Shown piece by piece: positions 52,731 through 64,000 of a stretch of DNA of 64,000 nucleotides. The notes under the pieces are model-generated. The model worked only from the letters and a program-made list of their open reading frames with translations, did no database searches and was not told where the DNA came from. Positions within the stretch are counted from its first letter, which is position 1; the number at the start of each line of letters is the position of its first letter. This DNA comes from Antedon mediterranea. Taxonomy: Eukaryota > Animalia > Echinodermata. The position numbers and the translations under genes are program-made. The stretch spans positions 13,144,001-13,208,000 of the forward strand of contig NC_092674.1 in the NCBI RefSeq assembly GCF_964355755.1, given 5' to 3'.

Positions 52731-55700
52731 TTATGCAAAGTTTAAAAATAAATAACGTCAGCGATGTTTGTCAAGATCGCATCGGGCTGCACGAAAACTG
52801 TTGTGGCCCCGAATAGAAAGTAAACAAATTCATGACGCGCGCTTACGTTGGTGTTGTTACGGAAGTAGACATTTCCGTAATACTTTATCCTATGTCGAAC
52901 ATTATTTGGAGAATTGTCTGATAGGTTTTTCCCCTTTTCGAGCGGGTTATATTATAATTTTAGACACATAAAGTATATTATACACAAACAGGTACCTAGT
53001 ATTCCTTATTTTCATTATTTTACACACAACACATATATTAAGCTTTCTCAGTTTACTCAGAGTATACATAATTATTTACCAATACATAATATGTATTTCT
53101 ACTGATACTGTACAAGCACAGCTAAATACTACTAAAGCTTAATTATGAACTACATGTTGGCCTCTTGTGGGCTACCACTCATATGACATCAATGTATTAA
53201 AGATCCAGTGTGTTTTCACAGGAGCCAGTAAATTAAACGATTTTTAAGTTTTAAGGTTTTATGTTTTAAGTATATCGGTAAGGATGACATCCGTAAGGTA
53301 AATTGTGGAATTTTGAGTCAAAATAATTCCCCAGAATTATTCCAGCCAAATGAGCGAATAACTTTAGTAACATATGAGTAGCGCCTGTGTTGAAGTTAGG
53401 TGTTGGATGATGACGGGGACGGCTTGGTGGGAAGATTGAAAAGTTTGTACAATTATTGGACGGCTAATTTAACAATGTAGTGTGCTAAAATGCATATTAG
53501 TAACAACTAAAAACACTCTGAATACCCATTGGTTGCCAAATAGAAATTAGCCTATCCTACATTTTTGGGGTTCCACTCAATTCCAAACTATTCTTTAATT
53601 TCCAAACCAAGACCTGATCGTATAGGAGCCATCGTCGCGATTAATGCCAATGGATGAAACTTCGAATATAAACGTGTTGAAAATATTGAAGTTCCACACC
53701 AACTAGAAGTCATTTGGTATTATATTTCTTTACTGCAGAGCTGTATCCAACTAATTTACGGTTAGCATAACCATACTTTATTTATACCATATTTAATTAT
53801 TTAAGGTGATTCTAGCTAATCTAGGCCTAGCTTCTAGGTGAAAAGGAAACCCTATTTTTGTTTTCACTTTTATATAGGACTAAGAAGTTAAATAATGTGT
53901 TCAAAATAAAAAAAAAATTCCTAAACTATAAGTTGTATGGAGAAGACAACTCCCATCCACCGGATCCCCAACCCTCTGATTAATAATGGATCGATCCCAT
54001 TTAGCGGTCTTATAGTAGAAATTAGTTCCTATAATTTTCCTGAGTGTTAACATTCGTTTCATTTGGCAACTTTCAGTAAAATAAATAAATAGTACTTATC
54101 TGTTCTCATTTACAGCTAGACCGTTTTAATTTTCTGTCTATGTGTCTGTTGTACCCAACTAGGGTTGTGTTATACTTATAATTATTATACTTTGCCAACT
54201 TACCAACTATTGCTACTGGATTTGAAAACTGAACAAACTTTCCCGATCCACTCTCGATTCAACCAATTCGTAGCTGTTTACAGTACCTACACTCCTTTTA
54301 TATATTTTCATATTATTATTTATAATAACAATATGTATACCTAAAGTTAGCACAATAATGGCACAAAAACCTTCCACGGTCTAATGATCCTTTTTATATA
54401 GATCCTCAAGTCATTGTGTAGAATTTCAATTCATAGTTTCAGTCATTCAATTCTATATAACTGTATAAGTAGTCAGGTATCATATTATATAACCTGTACC
54501 CAGTATAGTATACTATTAGTGTGATACATTTGATCAAACCCCACGTACTCAATAGGTAAATGGATTTCATATGTATCTTATGAAATTAAAACTCAGATGA
54601 TATAGGAAAATAGGTAAGAAAATATTACGATTGTGTAAATCTTTGTTGAATTCATGTATTAAGACAGTAGGATATATTATGGTTACGTTTATATTTAAGT
54701 ATAATTATAAATGAAATAACTCAACTGTTGGAAAGAAAGGAGAACGCATGTACAATATATAATGTCATTAATTGACACTATTTCAAGAAACAAGAATAAT
54801 AATACTGTAGAACAACATGTTAACGTTACAAATAATCTAACAGTCACACATTTTTATTCAGCATTTACTGACTAATGTATAAAACCTGTAAACAGAGGGC
54901 GCCATTTAATTTGCAGCCAAGATTATTACGTCTATTATGCAACGTTGACAAATAAAGTAATTAGGTAAATTGTGAAATTTGGGGGCAAAATTATTCCCCA
55001 GAATTATTCCAGCCAAATGAACGAAAAACATGAGTAACATATGAGTAGCGCCTGTGTTGAAGTTAGGTGTTGGATGATGAAGGGGATGGCTGGGTGGGAA
55101 GATTGAAAAATTTGTACAACTATTGGACGGTTAATTTAAGAATACAGTGTGCTAGTATGCATCTTAGTAAACAACTAAAAACACACTGAATTCCCATTGG
55201 TTGCCAATTAGAAATTAGCCTATCCTACATTTTTGTGTTCCACTCAATTCCAAACTATTCTTTAATTTTTAAACCAAGAATATGAAACGTGCTGAAAATA
55301 TTGAAGTTCCACACCAACTCATTTTGGTATTATTGTATATTTTTATCATATTTAATTATTGATTCTAGCTAGTCTAGGCCTAGCTTCTAGGTGAAAAGGA
55401 CGCTCTATTTAGGTTTTCACTTAATAGGCCTAAGAAGTTAAATAATGTGTTCAAAATAAAATAAATGCCTAAACTCTAAAGAAGCAACCAACTGTTCAAT
55501 AATTGTCATTGTATATTCGACGTCATGGGATGGGGCTTACTTTTTGAGACCTACTTGACAGAAATATACTGATATTTTAAGTTGTACAACAGTTGATACA
55601 TGACATATACTATATATTGTTTTTCTGTTTTTGCAAAATCCGTAATACAAATTGGGGGAATCCCGGTATTTTCGCAGAAATGAATTCTTCTATTTATTTT

Positions 55701-56943
55701 GGTCTTTGATTGAAAGTAGGTGAATCATAGAAGAAAAACTAAAGAATCAATCCACCTGCAATGCATGTTGGGATTTATAGCGGGCCGCTAATACTTTTAG
55801 AATAGACTTATTTTTCCCATTTTTAACTGTTCAAAGACGAAAAAAGTTATCGCGATAGGACCATATTATAGTATTTATTTTTACATTAAATGTAATTTAT
55901 GACCTTAAATTAAATTTTAAAAACGTAGGGAATGGGAAAATGTATTATAATAGGAATAAACTTCAAACAGTTATGTAAATGTTTAGTTTCAGTAGAAACC
56001 AGCTTCCTTCAAAAGGTTATATTTCATTTTCAGATTGTTGTTACTTGTATTCTTATAATACTATATACGTCTCCGACTGTTACAAATCTGAAAACAAATC
56101 CGAAAATATTCTATTTCACTTCGAAATAGAAACATTTGCTTTAAAACAGGAAGTAAGCGCCGTATATAGGTCTATTGTATGGTTAATCATTTTGTATAAA
56201 TAATTTACAGTACAGTAAAGGCAAGGTTTTAATAGTCCAAATATGTCAATTCAAAATACACTTCCTATCTTTAACCAAACTTTGAAGCATTTTATATCTG
56301 TTGGTTAGGGTCAATGGATACTGATGCTTATAGTGGAACGTTATTATTACTGTAATAAACCCTAACTTATATCAGTAATAATAATGCAATGAAATATTTA
56401 TAAAAAGGTATACATTTTTTTCAACCCTCTGATTAATAATGGATCGATCCATTTAGCGATCTTATAGCAGAAACTAGTTTCTATAGTCCACTCGTTTCAT
56501 TTGGCAATAAAATCTTTCAGTAAAATAAATAGATAGTACTTATCTGTTTTCATTTACAGCTAGACCATTTTAATTGTCTGTCTATGTGGTTGGTGTATAC
56601 TTATAATTATTATTGCCAACTTACCAAACTATTGCTACTGGACTTGAAAATCTCTAAGAACTGAACAGAATTTCCCGAACCACTCCCAATTCAACAAATT
56701 CGTAGCTGTTTACAGTACCTGCACTCCTTTGTCTGTTTTCATATTAGTATTTATAATAACAATATGTATGCTTAAATTTAGCACAATAATGGCACAAAAA
56801 CCTTTCCACGGTATAATGGACCTTTTTATATAGATGCACAAATCATTGTGTAGAATTTCAATTCAAATTTACAGGCATTCAATTCTATATAACCCCAGAA
56901 GTAGTCATGTATCAGAATATATAACCTGTACCCAATACTCTAA

Positions 56944-57744
56944 AGCCCCTTTCTCACGGATGTGCCTGCAATATACCGGTACAGTGCTAGCGTCGTGCCG
57001 GTATCGTTACCGGAATATACCCATTCTCATCGGACTATCGTGCCGAAAATATAACCGATATATACCGGCTTTCTATGAGAAAGGAGTCGGGCATATTCGG
57101 CCAATAAAAAGTCTCTGACAAAATAATTATTGAGGGCGTCATTTATTGTTATTATTTTTGTCTAGCGATATATGGCGGCGAATTTTAAGTTACAGATTAT
57201 TATCTTACTTTATAGCATATTATGCAATACATGCTATGTACAGTATATTGTGCATATATTATACAGGTACAGCAATTAATTAGCCGTCATCGGCAATCTG
57301 TAAAACACCAATAGAAGGCTGTACAATTTACAAGGCGACGAAGGGTCAGGCACCAACAAAGAGCTATGGCCTAGGCCTATAGATTATGCTACACATTTCT
57401 TCTTGTCCCCTTATTTTAAGCAGCTCTCTTATCTCATTATCCCTCCAGTTCGACATTATTATTGTTAATTGAATTGAATCGGCGCCAAAGTGATACACTT
57501 GACCGCGCAATGTGTCAAAGCCTCGGCGGGGAATTAAATATCCAGAATATAACGGCGTTACGTTCTCACAGAATGCCCGTCTGGCATTGTGGGGAATATC
57601 CATAGAATAATTATTACTAGGTCTAAAGCAGGTCATGTCGATGCCGGCATGATACCAAGTTCTCACACAAAACCATACCGGAATGGTAATGGTATATTCC
57701 CGCAATATTCCTGGCACACAGCTCTGTGAGCTGAGAAAGGGGCT
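56944..57744 (-). mobile_element. Non-autonomous Harbinger element with a Myb/SANT-like gene remnant
   Basis: TIR AGCCCCTTTCTCA with TAA/TTA flanks; empty site CTCTTAGTGTGAT at about 52021; MSNWRDNEIRELLKIRGQEE at about 57395-57456. Confidence 0.85.
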
Positions 57745-58544
57745 TTAGTGTGATCACTTTGATAAAACCTAACGTACTCAATATGTAAATGAATTTTATA
57801 TGTATAATATGAAATTAAAACTCAGATGATAGGAAAATAGGTTTTAAGACAGTTGGATATATTATGGTTAAGTTTAGATTGGAAAGAAACTGTTGGAAAA
57901 AAAAGAGAACGCATGTATAATATAATATATGTCATTAATTGACGTTATTTCAAGAAATAAGAATAATAATAATATAGAACAACATTTTAACGTTATAAAT
58001 AATCTAACAGTCACACATTTTTCCGCATTTACTGACTAAATGTATAAAACATGTGAACAGAGGGCGCCATCTCATTTGAGTCACGATTCTTTCGTCTATT
58101 ATGCAAAGTTGAAAAATAAATAACGTCAACGATGTTTGTCAAGATCGCATCGTGCTACACGAAAACTGCTGTAGCCCCGAATAGAAAGTTAACATTAACG
58201 ATGCGCTCTTACGTTAGTGTTGTTACGGAAGTAGACATTTCCGGCTTTTCCCCTTTTCGAGCAAATAATTTTAGCACACAAAGTATATGCATAAAGAAGT
58301 ACCTAGTTTTCCTTATTTTCTTTATTGAACTATTCTTTTTAGCGTCCATTTAAGTACGGATATTTATGTTAGTTAAATTGTCCTGCCTTGACACAACAAT
58401 AACTTAAATTCACTTATTAAAAAAAAATAGTATGCCTAGATTATACATTCAGTATTTGACAACAGTTTTTGATACAGTAATTGGACGACAACAAACAATA
58501 TGCGGTAGCCAAACGATCATCATGGTTTACTTTATAAAGAATAA

Positions 58545-58720
58545 CACCCAACGTTCTTTCTGTGCAACGCTAGATCATTAATAATACATTCGATGAATTT
58601 TATTCTACTGACACAGAAGTATGAGGTTATATCAGTTACAACAACGTGGTACAGACCAGGTTTACCGTCTGACACAATGTCTTTTCGTGAATAGACTTTA
58701 GGCCTAACCTAGCGGAGTAT
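58545..58720 (+). mobile_element. LINE apurinic-endonuclease N-terminal remnant (second copy at about 61190-61370)
   Basis: PTFFLCNARSL..TFDEF...YEVISVTTTW matches the NARSL.NK.DEL...TETW pattern. Confidence 0.65.
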
Positions 58721-58849
58721 GGTCGAAGCGGCCGCCAGTTTAGTATCGTTATTTGTATGGAACGCCATATGCACTTTTATATTTGATTGTCGTTGTCTTT
58801 GCCGAGTTGAGTTACAGCTAAAGGAGTATGCTCAAACCAATAACAATTT

Positions 58850-59332
58850 ACGGGTATTGCCGAATCTTTATATCTCGTTTACATACTATCGAATCTTTAT
58901 ACAGTATTGCATTAATAATTTACGTACGGTAGTCGAATCTTTGTTTACATACTATCGAATCGTTTACAGTATTGCATTAATAATTTACGTACGGTATTGC
59001 CGAATCTTTATATCTCATTTACATACTTTCGAATATTGACACAGTATTGCATTAACAATGTACGTACGGTACTGTCGAATCTTTATAGCTCATTTACATA
59101 CTATCGAATCTTTATACAGTATTGTATTAATAATTTACGTACGGTATTGCCGAATCTTTCTCATGTACATACAATCGAATATTTATACAGTATTGCATTA
59201 ATAATTTACGTACGGTACTGCCTAATCTTTATATCTCATTTACATACTATCGAATCTTTAAACACTATTGCATTAATAATTTACGTACGGTATTGCCGAA
59301 TATTTATATATCATTTACTGTACTATCGAATC
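58850..59332. repeat. 75-bp minisatellite, about 6.5 copies
   Basis: GTATTGCATTAATAATTTACGTACGG (with variants) at 58904, 58969, 59044, 59119, 59190 and 59265. Confidence 0.93.
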
Positions 59333-61497
59333 TTGGTTTTTATTATTAGTAATAGGGTGTGTTCTACATTAAGTGTTATTCCATTGTAATACATGGTTTG
59401 TGTTTTCAATAAAGCAACGTGAGGGACGAATGCGCCAGAGGAACGTGCACCTTCTACAAAACTATTCCTGGCCGGCCACTAGTCGAGTTTATTAGCATAA
59501 ATTCACGTAATTAATTAGTTTTGTATGCATAGCTGGTAAACAACAGTAATATACGAACATCGGACGCTAGCTATACCTAGCCTGACTTTGTATAGTTGCT
59601 GCATTAATTGTATTTCTGTTTTCCAGAATCTGTAATACAAATTTGGAGAAACCCGGTATTTTCGCTGAAATAAATTCTTCTACTTTATTTACTTTAGCCT
59701 TCACGATCGATCGAAAGTAGGTGAATCACAGAAGAAAAACTAAAGAGTCAATCCCCGCGTAATGCATGTTGGGATAGCGGGCCGCTAATAATGAATAGAA
59801 TCGACTTATTTTTCACCTTTTTAACCGTTCACAGACCAAAAAAGTTATCGCAATAGGACCATATAGTATTTATTTTAACATTAAATGTAGGTTGTGACCT
59901 TAATAAATTAGATTTAAAAAACGTAGGGAATGGGACTTTAAACATTTTTCATAAGAATGACTTCAAACAGTTATGTAAATGTTTAGTGTCAGTAGTAACC
60001 AGCTTTCTTTAAAATGTAATAATTTATTTTAATATTTTTGTCAATTGCATTCTTATAATACTATGTAAGGCTACGACTGATTTACGAAAATATTCTATTT
60101 CACGAAATAGCAACATGTGCTTCTAAAACAGGAAGTAAGCGCCGTATATAATTATTGTATGCATATGACTAATCATTTTGTATAAATAATTCACAGTACG
60201 GTAAAAGCAATGTTTTAATAGTCCAAATATGTCAACATTCAAAATTCAAACTTTGAAGAATTTGATAACAGTTTGTTATGGTCACTTTTTGTGGAAAATG
60301 CATAGTGATGCTAATGGTGAAACGATATTATTATTGTAATAAACCATAACTTATATCAGTAATAATAATGCAATGAAATATATATAAAAAGGTATACATT
60401 TTTTTTTTCAACCCTCTGATTAATAATGGATCGATCCATTTAGCGGTCTTATAGCATAAACTAGTTTCTATAGTCCTGAGTGTTAACACTCGTTGTCCTG
60501 TGTCTGTTGTACTCCACTAGGGTTGTGTTATACTTATAATTATTATATATTGCCAACTTACCAGCTATTGCCACTGGACTTGAACACTGAACAAACTTTC
60601 CCGATAAACTCTCAATTCAACCGATTCGTAACTGTTTAAGTACCTTCACTCCTTTGTCTGTTTTCATATTAGTATTTATAATAACAATATGTATGCTTAT
60701 ATTTAGCACAATAATGGCACAAAAACCTTTCCACGGTCTAATGATCCTTTTTATATAGATGCTCAAGTCATTGTGTAGAATTTCAATTCATAGTTTCAGT
60801 CATTCAATTCTATATAACCACAAGTACTCATGTATCAGATTATAACCTTTACCTAATATAGTATACTCTTAATGTGATACATTTTTAAGCAAATTATATT
60901 ATAATTTTAGCACACAAAGTATATGCATAAATAAGAACCTAGTTTTCCTTATTTTCTTTATTTAACTATTCGTTTTAGCGTCCCTTTAAGTACGGATATT
61001 TATGTTAGTTAAATTGTCCCGGCCTTGATACAACAATAACTTAAATTCACTTATTTAAAAAAAATAGTATGCCTAGATTATGCATTCAGTATTCGACAAC
61101 AGTTTCTGATACAGCAATTGGACGACAACAAACAATCTGTTGTCGCCAACAGAACTTATTATGGTTCACTTTATGAAGAATAACACTCATAATGTTAGAT
61201 TGCCAACGTTTTTTCTGTGCAACGCTAGATCATTAATAATACATTCGATGAATTTTATTCTACTGACACAGAAGTATGATGTTATATCAGTTACAACAAC
61301 GTGCTACAGACCAGATTTACCGTCTGACACAATGTCCTCTCGTGGATGGCTTTAGGTTTAGCCTAGCGGAGTATGGTCGAAGCGGCCGCCAGTTTAATAT
61401 CGTCATTTGTATGGAATGCCATGTGCGCTCTAATCTTTGATTGTCGTTGTCTATGGCGAGTTGAGTTACAGTCAAAGTTGAGTTACAGTCAAACCAA

Positions 61498-62008
61498 TAA
61501 TAATTTGCGTACGGTATTGCCGAATTTTTATATCTCGTTTACATACTATCGAATCGTTTACAGTATTGCATTAATAATTTACGTACGGTACTGTCGAATT
61601 TTTATATCTCGTTTACATACTTTCGAATATTGACACAGTATTGCATTAATAATTTACGTACGGTAGGCCTACTGTCGAATCTTTATATCTCATTTGCATA
61701 GTTGAGTTACAGTCAAACCAATAATAATTTGCGTACGGTATTGCCGAATTTTTATATCTCGTTTACATACTATCGAATCGTTTACACTATTGCATTAATA
61801 ATTTACGTACGTTATTGCCGAATATTTATATTTCGTTTAATTACTATCGAATCTTTAAACACTATTGCAATAGTAATTTACGTACGGTACTGTTGAATCT
61901 TTATCTCATTTACATACTATAGTATCGAATCTTTATACAGTATTACATTAATAATTTACGTACGGTATTGCCGAATATTTATATATCATTTACTGTACTA
62001 TCGAATCT
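61498..62008. repeat. 75-bp minisatellite, paralogous array with an internal re-duplication
   Basis: Same unit as 58850-59332; the entry sequence GTTGAGTTACAGTCAAACC is repeated at about 61477 and 61701. Confidence 0.92.
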
Positions 62009-64000
62009 TTTTTATTAGTAGTAATAGGGTGTGTTATACATTAAGTGTTATTCCATTGTAATATATTGTTTGTGTTTTCAATAAAGCAACGTGAGGGACG
62101 AATAGGCCAGAGGAACGTGCACCTTCTACAGCACTATTCCTGGCCGGCCACTAGTCGAGTTTTTTAGCATAAATTCACGTAATTAATTAGTTTTGTATGC
62201 ATAGCTGGTAAAACAACAGTAATATACGAACATCGGACGCTAGCTATGCCTAGCCTGACGTTGTATAGTTGCTGCATTAATTGTATTTCTGTTTTCCAGA
62301 ATCTGTAATACAAACTTGGGGAAACCCGGTATTTTCGCTGAAATAAATTCTTCTACTGTATTTATTTTGGACTTCACGATCGATCGAAAGTAGGTGAATC
62401 ACAAAAGAAAAACTAAAGAATCAATCCGCGCGTAATGCATGTTGGGATGTTTAGCGGGCCGCTAATAATGATTAGAATCGACTTATTTTTCACATTTTTA
62501 ACCGTTCACAGACGAAAAAGGTTATCACAATAGAACCATAGGCCTATAGTATTTATTTTAACATTAAATGTAGGTTGTGACCTTAATAAATTAGATTTAA
62601 AAAACGTAGGGAATGGGACTTTAAACATTTTTCATAAGAATGACTTCAAACAGTAATTATGTAAATGTTTAGTGTCAGTAGTAACCAGCTTCTTTCAAAA
62701 TTTAATAATTTATTTTCATATTTTTGTCAATTGCATTCTTATAATACTATGTAAGTCTCCGACTGTTACAATTCTGAATTACGAAAATAATTATTCTATT
62801 TCACTTCAAAATAGCAACACTTGCTTCTAGAACAGGTAGTAAGCGCCGTATATATTGTATGGTTAATCAGTTTGTATAAATAATTCACAGTACGGTAAAA
62901 GCAAGGTTTTCAAAATGCACTGCTTATCTTTAACTAAACTTTGAAACATTTGATATCAGTAGTGGATTAGGGTCACTTTTTGTGGTAAATGCATACTGAT
63001 GCTAATGGTGGAACGATATTTTTATTGTAATAAACCCTAACTAATAATGTAATGAAATATTTATACAAAGGTATACCATTTTTTTCCAACCCTCTGATTA
63101 AAAATGGATCGATCCATTTAGCGGTCTTATAGCATAAACTAGTTTCTATAGTCCTGAGTGTTAACACTCGTTGTCCTGTGTCTGTTGTACTCCACTAGGG
63201 TTGTGTTATACATATAATATTATTATACATTGCCAACTTACCAACTATTGCCACTGGACATGAAAACTGAACAAACTTTCCCGATCCACTCTCAACTCAA
63301 CCAATTCGTAGCTGTTTACAGTACCTGCACTCCTTTGTCTGTTTTCATATTAGTATTTATAATAACAATATGTATGCTTAAATTTATCACAATAATAGTA
63401 ATAGCACAACAACCTTTCCACGGTCTAATGAACTTATTTAGAGATGCTCACATCATTGTGTAGAATTTCAATTCATATTTACAGTCATTCAATTCTATAT
63501 AACCCCAGAAGTAGTCAGGTATCAGATTACATAACTTGTACACAATAATTATAGTATCCTCTTAGAGTGATAACTTCGAGAAACCTAACGTACTCAATAG
63601 GTAAATGTATTTTATTATGTATAATATGAAATTAAAACTCAGAGGATATAGGAAAATAGGTAAAAAAACATCACGATTGTGTAAATCTTTGTTGAATTCA
63701 AGTATTAAGACAGTAGGATATCTTATGGTTATGTTTAGATTGAAAAGAAACTGTTGGAAAGAAAAGAGAACGCATTTATAATATATGTCATTAATTGACG
63801 CTATTTCAAGAAACAAGAATAATAATACTAAAGAACAACATTTTAACATTATAAATCATCATAAAACAGTCAGTCATAAGTCAGTCACATTTTATTCCGC
63901 ATTTACTGACGAAATGTATAAAACCTGTAAACAGAGGGCGCCATCACATTTGCATCCAAGATTCTTACGTCTTTTAGGCAAAGTTGAAAAATAAATAACG

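Larger units (their letters stand above)
51505..64000. repeat. Array of five diverged, mosaic tandem units (2.5-4 kb) upstream of the ankyrin gene
   Basis: The anchor CAACCCTCTGATTAA(T/A)AATGGATCGATCC occurs at 51505, 53969, 56422, 60409 and 63087. Confidence 0.95.

Noticed and set aside
58850-62010. Regularly spaced repeats superficially like a CRISPR array
   Set aside because: The intervening sequences are homologous rather than unique spacers, there are no cas genes, and the context is eukaryotic.

Overview
This is AT-rich, intron-containing animal genomic DNA, not prokaryotic; the repeat spectrum suggests a marine invertebrate such as an echinoderm (inference). One host gene runs on the minus strand and encodes an ankyrin-repeat protein. 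Its ATG exon is at 49165-49215, followed by an 81-bp exon and four 99-bp phase-0 exons that each encode exactly one ankyrin repeat (46846-46944, 25440-25538, 5836-5934, 311-409); the gene continues past the left edge. The last three repeat exons sit in duplicated exon+intron units and vary mainly at target-contacting ankyrin positions. The introns are packed with decayed or nested mobile elements: a 7-kb CACTA/EnSpm-like element inserted into a Tx1/L1-like LINE, an AcademX-like element, Gypsy and Gmr1-like fragments, Helitron/HINE elements, and a Transib-like end with an RSS-like layout. Upstream of the gene (51.5-64 kb) is an array of five diverged 2.5-4 kb tandem units, each keeping a minus-strand splice donor, with Harbinger-type insertions in single copies. 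Paralog comparison shows recurrent exact TA-to-TAGGCCTA changes that look like transposon excision footprints. All family assignments rest on motif recognition by eye; no database searches were run.
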